A stretch of 64,000 bases of DNA from Escherichia phage MIZ4. The notes under the pieces were generated by a model that saw only the letters and a program-made list of their open reading frames with translations, was not told the DNA's origin and ran no database searches. Each line of letters opens with the position of its first letter. The stretch's first letter is position 1. Below, piece after piece: positions 53,610 to 63,506 of this stretch. The stretch lies in the sequence record OR167180. The stretch is one strand, 5' to 3'. The position numbers and the translations under genes were made by a program.

Positions 53610-55408
53610 AACAATTAATTAATATCGGTAACGTTGTTGATGACGGTACAGGTGATTATCTAAGAAAAGGCGGTCAAAAGATTAATGACAACTTTTCTGA
53701 ACTTTATACTAAGCTGGGGGACGGTGATATCCCTCATGCATCCGGAGCGTGGAAAACTCACACACAACCAGTATTAAAACCAAATTTTGGTGATGCATGG
53801 GCGATTAATACAACGAACAACGCTGTTTCTGTTGAATTGCCTAAAGGAAGCGCGAGTGATTACAATAAAACAATTAAACTTCGTGATGTTTGGCGCTCAT
53901 GGGCTGCACATAACGTAACATTGAAGCCAGCACAAGGTGATACCATTAAGGGATCTCCAATCGACCGTGAGTTGTATAAAGATTTTATGGATGTTGAACT
54001 GGTTTATTGTGCGCCTGGACGCTGGGAATATATCGAAAACAAGCGAGTTGACACGATCACCACGTCTGACCTAAGCACAGTAGCTAAGGAAGTTTATATT
54101 GCCACAGAAGGGCAAACAGATTTCCCTAATGTATTTGGTTCTAACACATATAACACTCGAAATGTTGAAGTATATTATCGAGGAAACCTTTTATATTATG
54201 GCAAGTCTTTTAGTAATGACTCTAACTACGGTTCAATTGGTGAGGATGGATCACTTGTTGAACTTGATGGCAAAAGCATAAAACTTCGTTTTCCTTGTTC
54301 GGCTGGGGATACCGTTCAAATTATTACATATATGGACGGAATTGCATCATTCCGATCTAGTTATATCACACACACAATTAGAGTGTATGATACCGGAATG
54401 ACAGCACTAGAAACTATTCCGGGTGAAGTGTGGGTAGGTGATTTATCGACGAAAAAAGAATTTACCAATGCTGATTTGGGAGTTAGTAAACGTGATATAA
54501 TTAACCCAAATTCATTTGAGTTATTAATAAATGGTACTCAAATGATTAAAGCTGGTGATGCTGATCTTCCTTCGTTTGTTTGTGAAGGTGCTGACGGAGA
54601 AACCGAAGAGAGTTGCGCACTTGCTGGCGGTCAGTGGGTACAGTCTGGAGAAGATTATTCACTGGTATTTGATGAGAATAGCATTGTAACAGGGATTAAA
54701 TTAGCTAAAGCGTTGGACAATAGAGATACTATAACAATTCGTTGGTTTAATAACGATATCGGAACTCTATTAGAATGGGATGGTGTCGGCGGAATTAAAG
54801 AAAAAGCAGACAAGATTTATCTCAATAACGAAGACGAAGTTAATTTAACAAAACAAATTGAATATACTGACTTCCAGAATCCTAGCCAGAAAAACACTCG
54901 TCCGGCAGAAGAGTATTCAGGTCGAATTATGGATATATATGCACTGTTTGATATTTTCCATCCGATCGGCACGATATACGAAAACGCACATAACCCAGCT
55001 AACCCAGCGACCTATATGGGGTTTGGTATCTGGGTTCGGTATGCGGAAGGAGAATTTCTTGCTGGTTGGTCTTCCGATGCCAACGACCAGAATTTTGCAT
55101 TAAACAATAACGATCTTGATATTCATGGACAACCTACACACACCGCTGGTGGTACTGGTGGTGAAGTTGCCTATCAAATCAAGAAAGATATGATTCCTGA
55201 ATTACAATCCAGCGATCGTGTTTTGGTGAAAGACGATACAGGGTCAATTATCATTGGTGGTTGTCAAGTTGATCCTGATGCGGCAGGTCCAGCGTTTACG
55301 AAATATAGAGAGGATATCGTAAAAGTTAATTCTGGAAATGCTGATCCATCAATGATGGGTATTCTTCCTCCATATCGCACCGTTCATCGCTGGTTAAGGG
55401 TAGGTTAA
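53606..55408 (+). CDS. 10: Baseplate wedge subunit and tail pin gp10
   Basis: MKQLINIGNVVDDGTGDYLRKGGQKINDNFSELY, ELVYCAPGRWEY, TIRWFNNDIGTLL, IGTIYENAHNPANPATYMGFG, NFALNNNDLD, HTAGGTGG, TKYRE match recalled T4 gp10. Confidence 0.95.
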   Translation: MKQLINIGNVVDDGTGDYLRKGGQKINDNFSELYTKLGDGDIPHASGAWKTHTQPVLKPNFGDAWAINTTNNAVSVELPKGSASDYNKTIKLRDVWRSWAAHNVTLKPAQGDTIKGSPIDRELYKDFMDVELVYCAPGRWEYIENKRVDTITTSDLSTVAKEVYIATEGQTDFPNVFGSNTYNTRNVEVYYRGNLLYYGKSFSNDSNYGSIGEDGSLVELDGKSIKLRFPCSAGDTVQIITYMDGIASFRSSYITHTIRVYDTGMTALETIPGEVWVGDLSTKKEFTNADLGVSKRDIINPNSFELLINGTQMIKAGDADLPSFVCEGADGETEESCALAGGQWVQSGEDYSLVFDENSIVTGIKLAKALDNRDTITIRWFNNDIGTLLEWDGVGGIKEKADKIYLNNEDEVNLTKQIEYTDFQNPSQKNTRPAEEYSGRIMDIYALFDIFHPIGTIYENAHNPANPATYMGFGIWVRYAEGEFLAGWSSDANDQNFALNNNDLDIHGQPTHTAGGTGGEVAYQIKKDMIPELQSSDRVLVKDDTGSIIIGGCQVDPDAAGPAFTKYREDIVKVNSGNADPSMMGILPPYRTVHRWLRVG

Positions 55409-55409
55409 T

Positions 55410-56054
55410 ATGATTTCTAAAACACGTTCTAAAGCAAGCGTATTTTCTAGCGACGCAGCATTCATTTCATACGATCCGGGGTCGAAAGACCCCATTATTG
55501 GTGACATTCGCCCAATTGGTGGATTAAACGTAGACCAATCTCGCAAAGGTTCTTTTATTAACAACGTACAATCAGCCATTGATGATTTGTATAGCATTTC
55601 TATGCTTAATGTCGGTGATGTATTGGTAACTACAAATTCAACTCCACCGGAAGCGGCTGGACAAATAGAAACTCTTTCTTTCACTGGAACGGTAACAAAT
55701 AAACACGATCCAGCCGCGACAAAAGTTGTAATTGAAGTTTTGGGTTATCCATTTGTTGTTAATGTTGGAACATCGAATGTTGCATTATGCGAAATGGTCA
55801 CAACAAAATTTACTGAATTGAAAGACAAAAGTATCTTATTCTCTAAAGTTGAGAGGAAAGGTACTGGTAATGATAAAATAGAGATTCAGTATATTGATTC
55901 AAACGCACACGAAGCAACGGTCGTAGAAAAATATGGTATTAGCGTTCGTGGGGAAATAAATTCCCCTGCTCGTTATGGTTATGGTGCATGGTCCAGATTG
56001 GGAACGGAAGAAAAATTTGATTCAACACTATTTTATTTTAAGCGTATTGCGTAA
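55410..56054 (+). CDS. 11: Baseplate wedge subunit and tail pin gp11
   Basis: 214 aa; C-terminal YGYGAWSRLGTEEKFDSTLFYFKRIA resembles T4 gp11 C-terminus. Confidence 0.9.
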   Translation: MISKTRSKASVFSSDAAFISYDPGSKDPIIGDIRPIGGLNVDQSRKGSFINNVQSAIDDLYSISMLNVGDVLVTTNSTPPEAAGQIETLSFTGTVTNKHDPAATKVVIEVLGYPFVVNVGTSNVALCEMVTTKFTELKDKSILFSKVERKGTGNDKIEIQYIDSNAHEATVVEKYGISVRGEINSPARYGYGAWSRLGTEEKFDSTLFYFKRIA

Positions 56055-56065
56055 GGTGTAAAATT

Positions 56066-57469
56066 ATGAATAACACTATTAATCACGTAAAAGACGATGC
56101 ACAGTATGTTAAGTTTGACCCTACCGGAAATTGGCCTAGCAATATAAAAAACGTACAAGCGGCATTAGCCGCTATTCAGGGATTTGCTATTGCAGGTCTT
56201 CCAACGGCAACCGAAGAAACAGCGGGTATTGCTGAAATTGCTACTCAACAAGAAGTAGATGATGGGTTGGATGGAACTAAAATTGTTACCCCCAAAACAT
56301 TGGCTGTTAAGCTGTCAAGACCGGACGCAACAAAACTTGTCAAAGGGATCACTCGCTATGCTAATAACGATGAAGCTATGGGCGATACTCCAAATATTGC
56401 AATTGGTCCTGATACATTAACCCATGTATTCGAGAACAAGAAAGCAACGGAAACCGTACAGGGTACAATTAAAATCTGTTCTATGGATGCGGCAAAAATA
56501 GGTAGCGATGACACTATGGCAGTAACTCCTAAAAAGATGCACGCTGCTATTGCTCAGATTGTTCCAGGGTTGATTCCAGAACAAAACACGGCGACCGAGT
56601 CCCGTGAGGGTTTAGTTAGACTGGCGACAAGCCAACAAACGCTTGCTGGTATTATCAGAGAAGGATTTGCCGTTAGTCCATATGCATTTTCCAACGCAAG
56701 AGCCAATGAAAATCAGGCGGGTACTGTTAAAATTGCCTCATCCCAACAAATGATTGACGGCAATGACAACACAGTAGTAGTATCAGCACAAAAATTTGCG
56801 AACACTAAAGCAACCACTGGACAATTCGGTGTTGTTAAGCTAACAGATAACCCAGGATCAGGCGAGGCAAACACAGCACTGTCGGCAAATGCTCGTGTAT
56901 TGCCTCTAAGTGGTGGTGTCGTTACTGGTGATGTGTATCGTCATAGCGGAGGCGACGGAAACCAGTTTATCATTAAAAATGAACTGGATGGTCTTTGTAT
57001 GCCTATTGGTGGCATCATTCTTACAGCATTTAACAGTTTCGACCACGCACAATTCAAAATCTGTAACGGTCAATGGTTAAATAAACACCAATATCCAGTA
57101 TTATTTTCACGAATCGGTTTCACTTACGGCGGAGATGGCGGAGACAACTTTGCTCTACCCGATATGCGAGGGCTTGTTGCTAGAGGATGCGACCACGGTC
57201 GAGGACTAGACCCAGGTCGTGGATTTGGTACTTATCAAGACGACACCATGCAACATATGACAGGTAACTTCCCTGTAGCTAACCGTTGGCGCGGTTGGAC
57301 TGGTGGTGCATTTACCATCACAGGTGGTCAATGGAGCACGAACTATAAAAACGGTGGTGGTGATGATTGGGGTAGTATTGTTAACTTTGACAGCGCAAGA
57401 CAGGTTAGAACGTCTGGCGAAACTCGCGTTAAAAGCCTTGCATTAAACTACATGATAAGGGTACAATAA
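56066..57469 (+). CDS. 12: Short tail fibre protein gp12
   Basis: 467-aa ORF at gene 12 position; repetitive Gly/Thr-rich fibre sequence. Confidence 0.85.
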   Translation: MNNTINHVKDDAQYVKFDPTGNWPSNIKNVQAALAAIQGFAIAGLPTATEETAGIAEIATQQEVDDGLDGTKIVTPKTLAVKLSRPDATKLVKGITRYANNDEAMGDTPNIAIGPDTLTHVFENKKATETVQGTIKICSMDAAKIGSDDTMAVTPKKMHAAIAQIVPGLIPEQNTATESREGLVRLATSQQTLAGIIREGFAVSPYAFSNARANENQAGTVKIASSQQMIDGNDNTVVVSAQKFANTKATTGQFGVVKLTDNPGSGEANTALSANARVLPLSGGVVTGDVYRHSGGDGNQFIIKNELDGLCMPIGGIILTAFNSFDHAQFKICNGQWLNKHQYPVLFSRIGFTYGGDGGDNFALPDMRGLVARGCDHGRGLDPGRGFGTYQDDTMQHMTGNFPVANRWRGWTGGAFTITGGQWSTNYKNGGGDDWGSIVNFDSARQVRTSGETRVKSLALNYMIRVQ

Positions 57470-59238
57470 TGATCGAACAGTTAAACATTCGAAAGATCCC
57501 TAACGTCGATGGTGTCCCTGGAGAGGGACAGCATTCTATTAGCTGGATTAAAAATGGTGAATGTCTAAGCGCAGCAACCACAGAAACAGGACACGAGGGG
57601 ACGCTTAACCGCGCCCCTTATGCGATTCAAGAAAATATTGTTCGTCTGGATGAAAATTCTAAGACAACGGTAACAAAAGTTAACGAAGTTGTTACAGCAG
57701 TTAATGATATTAAAACTACTTTAGGCGCGGTTGCTGATGGTAGTATTATTGATATTGTCAATCAAACTATTTCAAAGGTTGAGTCTGTAGAAGAAAATTT
57801 AGGAGAAACTTCAAGGACATTACAAACCACAGTAGATGAACTGGCGGAGACCGGAAAGAAAATTGGTGTTCGTCCGGCAGCAGATCCGAGCACACGAACA
57901 ATATATGGTGATATTTCTTTCATCAAACAAGAATTGGGCGCTTTCCCTAACTTCAATATCAACGGTTATCCAGATCCAGGTAGTTCCGGTTCCGGTATCA
58001 AATATCGAGTTATCCAGAATACGGAAGCATTAAACAACCACGGTCAGCGAATCCGCCAACTAGAAAACGACTGGCAAGATTCTGACGTTGGAGAGCTAAC
58101 AGAACAAGTTAACAAAATGCGAAGCGAGCTAGGCGACACATCACTAGCAACACAGGACAATGTTTATCTTCGTCTTCGCACAAATACTCGCAATATCGCT
58201 AGTATATCAAACGAAGTTCAGGAAGTAAAGAAAGCGATTCGATTTGAATCAATTCCTGATATCGGTACTAAAGTAACTAAGCTACAATCTGATTATACAC
58301 AGCTTAATGATGAAGTCAACGGCGTTGACGCTGGTATCCGTCCTCGTTTAACTCTTCTGGAAAATACGATTGGCAGTCCTCAAGCCGCTGGAAGTATTGA
58401 TTATCGATTGACTAATCAAGAAAGGGAATTTGTAGATCTTAAATCTATTGTCGGTGTTAGTGGTGCTGATGGCCTACGTGGTGAGGTTGCACGAATCTCT
58501 AACACAGTTGGTACTGATAGTGAGCGTCATACTATCGCAGGTCGTCTAAAAATTGTAGAAAATACACAGGGACGACTAGAAGCTAGCGTACAGGATATCG
58601 AGCAAATGATCGGAGATCGAGATTCCGGTCTAACCGCCGGGGTTATTAAGCTGTCAAGCGACATGTACGGCAATCCAGAAGGAAGCACGCAGCTTGAACA
58701 AGATGGGATCGTGAAAACTGTTAAGGAATTGAGCACATCAAATGCAAGCAAGGTAACAGACGTTCCTGATGATGGTTTCCATTATCTACGTAAGCACGGG
58801 GAATGGGTTCAGGTCGCATGGGCGGCTGGTACATTTAAAAACACCGCTCAGATTGATATTACTCTCGACGGACAAGATCAATACAAAGGAATCCCGCTAA
58901 ACGATATGACCGAAGAAGTTCCTGCGCGTGGAATGGTTAAGAGCGAATCTCTTGTTACGGTTAACGACAAAGGCTTATTCCGTTGTGATTTCCGTTGTTC
59001 TGTACATGCGGCAAATAACGCTACTTTCGTAGTCGGTATTGCTAAAAATGGTCTGATTGTACATGAGGTACGAAATGGTCATTATGGAACTGATGATTTA
59101 ATTAGCTATTCTACCAGTGCTTTCCTAAATATTGAAAAGGGCGACCGGATCGATATTCGCATTAAGGGCGTATCCGAAGAAACATTAGCGCAACAGCTAC
59201 AAATTAAAGAGTTCCTCTTTGGAATTTCTCCGGTATAA
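57469..59238 (+). CDS. wac: Fibritin (whisker antigen control, Wac) with extended C-terminal domain
   Basis: N-terminus PNVDGVPGEGQHSISWIKNGE matches recalled T4 Wac; long coiled-coil middle; foldon-like GFHYLRKHGEWVQV followed by an extra ~110 aa. Confidence 0.88.
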   Translation: MIEQLNIRKIPNVDGVPGEGQHSISWIKNGECLSAATTETGHEGTLNRAPYAIQENIVRLDENSKTTVTKVNEVVTAVNDIKTTLGAVADGSIIDIVNQTISKVESVEENLGETSRTLQTTVDELAETGKKIGVRPAADPSTRTIYGDISFIKQELGAFPNFNINGYPDPGSSGSGIKYRVIQNTEALNNHGQRIRQLENDWQDSDVGELTEQVNKMRSELGDTSLATQDNVYLRLRTNTRNIASISNEVQEVKKAIRFESIPDIGTKVTKLQSDYTQLNDEVNGVDAGIRPRLTLLENTIGSPQAAGSIDYRLTNQEREFVDLKSIVGVSGADGLRGEVARISNTVGTDSERHTIAGRLKIVENTQGRLEASVQDIEQMIGDRDSGLTAGVIKLSSDMYGNPEGSTQLEQDGIVKTVKELSTSNASKVTDVPDDGFHYLRKHGEWVQVAWAAGTFKNTAQIDITLDGQDQYKGIPLNDMTEEVPARGMVKSESLVTVNDKGLFRCDFRCSVHAANNATFVVGIAKNGLIVHEVRNGHYGTDDLISYSTSAFLNIEKGDRIDIRIKGVSEETLAQQLQIKEFLFGISPV

Positions 59239-59244
59239 GAAATT

Positions 59245-59273
59245 AAAGGGGCGTTAAGCCCCTTTTCCGTTTA
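59245..59273 (+). terminator. Intrinsic terminator after wac
   Basis: AAAGGGGC-GTTA-GCCCCTTT hairpin followed by TCCGTTTAT. Confidence 0.6.
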
Positions 59274-59284
59274 TAGGTGATATT

Positions 59285-60217
59285 ATGTCAGGATATGTAA
59301 CCAATAACCCAAGAGAATTAAAAGACGCTATTCTGCGTCGTTTAGGCGCACCAGTAATTAACGTAGAAGTCACAGAAGACCAGATTTACGATTGTATTCA
59401 GAGAGCACTAGAACTCTATGGGGAATATCATTTCGATGGTGTGAATAAAGGATATAAAGTATTTCGTGTTAGTGCAGAGCAAGCTCAACACGGGGTATTT
59501 GATTTAAGCGATTCTGGTGTATTCGCAGTAACTAAAATAATTCGAACAAACGTAGGTAGCGCGGCTACGATGGATGGTACTGCCGTTTATCCGTGGTTTA
59601 CTGACTTTCTGTTGGGTTTAGCGGGTGTAAATGGCGGTTTAGGATCTGGCTGTAGTAAATTTTATGGTCCAAATGCGATGGGCGGTGATCTGGGATATTT
59701 CGAACAGCTTATGAGCTATCGCGCAACTATGCAAAACATGCTTAATCCGCTGCCAGATTATTGGTATAATAGCGCAAACGGACAACTTAAGATCACTGGT
59801 AATTTTCGAGAAGGTGATCTCATTGTTGTTGAATTATATGTTAAAAGCTATGTAGACGTTCCTGATATGATCGGCGCGGTTGCTGGTTATGCTCATGCGG
59901 GAGGATGTTCTACCGCTGGCGGGATTAGCGCCGTTTATGATAATCCAACTGCTGGTTTAAGCGGGATTGTTGCGGGCATGGGACCAATTAGAGAAAACAA
60001 GCAGGGCGCATATAATAACCGTTGGGTTAAAGACATGGCAACCGCTTTCACTAAGGAGGTGTGGGGGTCCATCATGGCTAAACATCAAGGTCTGCAATTG
60101 CCCGGCGGTGTCACTGTTGATGGTATACGAATCATTGAAGAAGCACGCGCCGACATTGAGAAATTGCGGCAAGAATTACTTGACTTAGATCCACCATTTG
60201 GTATACTAATGATATAA
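59285..60217 (+). CDS. 13: Neck protein gp13
   Basis: [72 protein letters not shown] match recalled T4 gp13. Confidence 0.95.
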   Translation: MSGYVTNNPRELKDAILRRLGAPVINVEVTEDQIYDCIQRALELYGEYHFDGVNKGYKVFRVSAEQAQHGVFDLSDSGVFAVTKIIRTNVGSAATMDGTAVYPWFTDFLLGLAGVNGGLGSGCSKFYGPNAMGGDLGYFEQLMSYRATMQNMLNPLPDYWYNSANGQLKITGNFREGDLIVVELYVKSYVDVPDMIGAVAGYAHAGGCSTAGGISAVYDNPTAGLSGIVAGMGPIRENKQGAYNNRWVKDMATAFTKEVWGSIMAKHQGLQLPGGVTVDGIRIIEEARADIEKLRQELLDLDPPFGILMI

Positions 60218-60270
60218 AATAAATATGGGTATATGTTATCATATACCCTATGTTATATCGGAGATACTAA

Positions 60271-61086
60271 ATGGAACATTATGTGTACAAAATAACCAAC
60301 AAAATAAACGATAATATTTACGTGGGTGTTCGGTCTTGTGATGGATTGGCAGAAGACGATACAAAATACATGGGAAGCGGAAAAATAATAAAACAAGCTA
60401 TTAAGCATCACGGATTAGAAAATTTCACTAAAGAGATATTGTCAAAATTTGATAGCAGAGAAGACGCTGATAAAGAAGAGGCAAGGATTGTTACGGTTGA
60501 TTTTGTCAGGAGAGAAGACACATATAATATAGCAGAAGGCGGTGGCACTGTTTGTATGTGGAAGGTTTCTGATGAAGCAAAGATAGAAGAAATGAGAAAA
60601 AAGATCTCAGAGAAAAATACCGGCAGAAAACATACTAAAGACGCAAGACAAAAGATGTCCGCATCTCAAAAGGGAAGGAAGCACACGGAAGAAACAAAAG
60701 AAAAGATGAGGCAAAATAACTTAGGAAAAGTTATTGCAGAAGAGACAAAAGAAAAGTTAAGGATGATTAATTTAGGAAAAAGACATACAGAAGAAACGCG
60801 AAGAAAAATGTCTGATTCACATAAGGGTCTATCGTTATCCGATGAGGTGAAAGATAAGATAAGACAAAAACACACCGGACGTGTTTTTACTAAAGAATGG
60901 AGAGAAAGAATTAGTAAATCTAGACTCGGAATAACTAGCACTAGATCAAGAAGAATAAGCATCAACGGAGTGATATACAATAGCATAGGAGAAGCTGTTA
61001 TAAAATTAAACGTTAAGCGAGGATTGATTGTCGGAAGACTTAAATCAAATACCGATAAAAACAAAAATTATTTCTTCGTAGATTAA
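60271..61086 (+). CDS. GIY-YIG homing endonuclease (Seg-like) with repeated NUMOD3-type DNA-binding motifs
   Basis: N-terminal YVYKITNKINDNIYVGVRS...YMGSG GIY-YIG-type module; four KHTEET/RHTEET repeats; inserted between genes 13 and 14. Confidence 0.8.
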   Translation: MEHYVYKITNKINDNIYVGVRSCDGLAEDDTKYMGSGKIIKQAIKHHGLENFTKEILSKFDSREDADKEEARIVTVDFVRREDTYNIAEGGGTVCMWKVSDEAKIEEMRKKISEKNTGRKHTKDARQKMSASQKGRKHTEETKEKMRQNNLGKVIAEETKEKLRMINLGKRHTEETRRKMSDSHKGLSLSDEVKDKIRQKHTGRVFTKEWRERISKSRLGITSTRSRRISINGVIYNSIGEAVIKLNVKRGLIVGRLKSNTDKNKNYFFVD

Positions 61087-61122
61087 TAAATTGGGGGAGT
61101 ATTCCCCCATTTGGAGTAACAT

Positions 61123-61863
61123 ATGTTTAACAACACTCTTTTTGCTCGCCTTGAATCGCAGAAGGACTACGAGAATACACGACAAACAGAGATTCTTAAT
61201 CCTTATGTGAACTTTCACAAATATACAAATACTCAGACGTTAGCCGACGTTATGGTCGCCGAAGCTATTCAGATGCGAGGTGTAGAATTATATTACATCC
61301 CTCGTGAATTTGTCAAACCAGATATGATCTTTGGTGAGGATGTTCAAAGCAAATTTACTAAAGCATGGAAATTTGCGGCTTATATTAACTCATTTGATGG
61401 GTATGAAGGAGCGGGTAATTTCTTCTCTAGTTTCGGGTATCAAGCTAATGATGAACTAACTTTTACGGTTAACCCCAACCTATTCAAGCATCAAGTAGAT
61501 GATCAAGAGCCAAAATCAGGTGACTTAATTTATATTCCTATGAGCAATGATTTATTTGAAATCTCATATGTAGAGCCATATCAGCCGTTTTTTCAGGCTG
61601 GCAAAAATGCCATGCGTAAAATTATTGCAGAGAAATTCGTGTATAGCGGTGAGGAATTGCGACCAGAATTACAACGCAATGAGGGAATTAATGTTGATGA
61701 GTTTGCGGATCTGGATCTTGCACCGATCACTAATCTGGACGGGTTAACAGATATCAACTTAGATCAGTACAAAGAAGATAAGCAATTCAGAAGCGAAGGA
61801 CAAGATTTTATTGATCCGTTTGATCCTATTAATGGCAAGGGTTCACCTTTCGCCGATTTTTGA
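61123..61863 (+). CDS. 14: Neck protein gp14
   Basis: [81 protein letters not shown] match recalled T4 gp14. Confidence 0.95.
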   Translation: MFNNTLFARLESQKDYENTRQTEILNPYVNFHKYTNTQTLADVMVAEAIQMRGVELYYIPREFVKPDMIFGEDVQSKFTKAWKFAAYINSFDGYEGAGNFFSSFGYQANDELTFTVNPNLFKHQVDDQEPKSGDLIYIPMSNDLFEISYVEPYQPFFQAGKNAMRKIIAEKFVYSGEELRPELQRNEGINVDEFADLDLAPITNLDGLTDINLDQYKEDKQFRSEGQDFIDPFDPINGKGSPFADF

Positions 61864-61903
61864 TAAATACTTGTATTGATATAATATAAGGATCTAATGA
61901 CTT

Positions 61904-62659
61904 ATGAAAAACTATTATCTATACGAAATAAAGAACAATATAAATGGTAAGATATATGTTGGCATTCGTGGGTATGATGGTGACATAAGTCAAGATCCTT
62001 ATATGGGTAGTGGATTGACTCTTAAGAGGTCTATTAAAAAGAACGGGATAGAAAACTTCACAAAAACAATTCTCAAAACGTTTGACTCATGGAAAGAGGC
62101 AAGGAAAGCAGAAAGAGAAATAGTTACAGAGGAATTTGTAAAAAGAGAAGATACCTATAATGTTTCGGTTGGTGGACAAGGTGGAAATACTCACGCTGGG
62201 ATGAGCGAAGAACGAAGAAAACTTGCAAGCGAAAGACACGCAGAAGCAAACCGAAATAGAGTATGGAAGCAAGAATCTAGAGATAAGGTTAGCGCAAGAT
62301 TCAAAGGTCATAAGCTATCACAGAAGCAGATAGACGCGCTAAAGAAGGCAAACACAGGAAGAAAGTTCACAGAAGAACACAAGTTCAAAATAGGTAAAAC
62401 GTGGCGAGGAAAGAAACGACCAGATATAGGAGAGAAGGTTGCGGCAAAATTAACAGGGAGAAAACTACCCCCAGAACATGTGGCAGCAATAACGCAAAAT
62501 ACACCGAGAGGAAAACAACACTTTAGGGCAAAAAGATTCTTCATCGACGATATGGAATTTTATATTTTGAGTGATGCAGCTAAAATGTTTGATATAAGTT
62601 ATAAAACGGTTAAAGCTAGACTTCTCTCAGATAAGTTTCCTACATGGAGATATGAATAA
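61904..62659 (+). CDS. GIY-YIG homing endonuclease (Seg-like)
   Basis: N-terminal YYLYEIKNNINGKIYVGIRG...YMGSG; related to ORF 60271-61086; inserted between genes 14 and 15. Confidence 0.8.
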   Translation: MKNYYLYEIKNNINGKIYVGIRGYDGDISQDPYMGSGLTLKRSIKKNGIENFTKTILKTFDSWKEARKAEREIVTEEFVKREDTYNVSVGGQGGNTHAGMSEERRKLASERHAEANRNRVWKQESRDKVSARFKGHKLSQKQIDALKKANTGRKFTEEHKFKIGKTWRGKKRPDIGEKVAAKLTGRKLPPEHVAAITQNTPRGKQHFRAKRFFIDDMEFYILSDAAKMFDISYKTVKARLLSDKFPTWRYE

Positions 62660-63493
62660 ATGTTTTCACATTTTTACAATTCGTCAATTAGACGGTATAT
62701 TGTATTGCTGGGTAATTTATTCTCCGGCGTACAAATTAAAAGGGTGCGTAGCGACGGTGAGCGTTTTATTAAAGTTCCTATCACCTACGCAAAGAAAGAA
62801 AAATTCATGATGAGTCTAGACAAATATAACAATATCTTAAGCGAGGAAGACGTCGCAAAGGTAGAAACTATTTTACCTCGTATGTGTCTTTCTTTGATTG
62901 ATATGACATACGCCCAGAACTTTAAAACAAATATTGCAAATAAGACAGTACCAAAATATACAGCGGATGGAATCAGGAGCGTAACACAATATAATCCTGT
63001 ACCATATAAGTTTACTTTCGAGTTAGGGATTTATACGCGCAACGAAGATGATATGTTTCAGATAATTGAACAGATTCTTCCTTACTTCCAGCCTCATTTT
63101 AACTGTAAGATTAAAGAACTACACGGTAATGATGTATGGATTGATCGAGATATTCAGGTCACAATTAGTTCTATTACTCCAGATGAACAGGTAGGCGAAG
63201 ATAAGTTTTCTCGTCGTCGTCTTGAGTGGACCATTATGTTTGAGTTCATCGGGTTTATCTATCCTCCAGCTACCGACGTTAAGGGGGAAATCAGAACGAT
63301 TTATCTTGATTTTCATGCTAATTCTCGTGAATTAAATCCTAGCGGTAATTTTGAATCAGTGGACCATGAAGTTGTTAAACGTGACGTCGAGCAAGAAGAA
63401 TGGGATGGAACTGTCAAAGAATCATATTCTAGTGATATTCCAATACCAGTTGCACCGACTCCACCGGGTCCACGTATTGTAAGAGAATTTTAA
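62660..63493 (+). CDS. 15: Tail sheath stabiliser / connector protein gp15
   Basis: FIKVPITYAKKEKFMM, EDVAKVETILPRM, DDMFQIIEQILPYFQPHFN, SRRRLEWT, TPPGPR match recalled T4 gp15. Confidence 0.95.
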   Translation: MFSHFYNSSIRRYIVLLGNLFSGVQIKRVRSDGERFIKVPITYAKKEKFMMSLDKYNNILSEEDVAKVETILPRMCLSLIDMTYAQNFKTNIANKTVPKYTADGIRSVTQYNPVPYKFTFELGIYTRNEDDMFQIIEQILPYFQPHFNCKIKELHGNDVWIDRDIQVTISSITPDEQVGEDKFSRRRLEWTIMFEFIGFIYPPATDVKGEIRTIYLDFHANSRELNPSGNFESVDHEVVKRDVEQEEWDGTVKESYSSDIPIPVAPTPPGPRIVREF

Positions 63494-63506
63494 GAGGTAA
63501 TTTATT

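Noticed and set aside
60218-60270. Hairpin GGGTATAT..ATATACCC upstream of the first GIY-YIG gene as a terminator
   Set aside because: No clear U tract follows; could equally be part of a homing-endonuclease regulatory or target region, so not called as a terminator.
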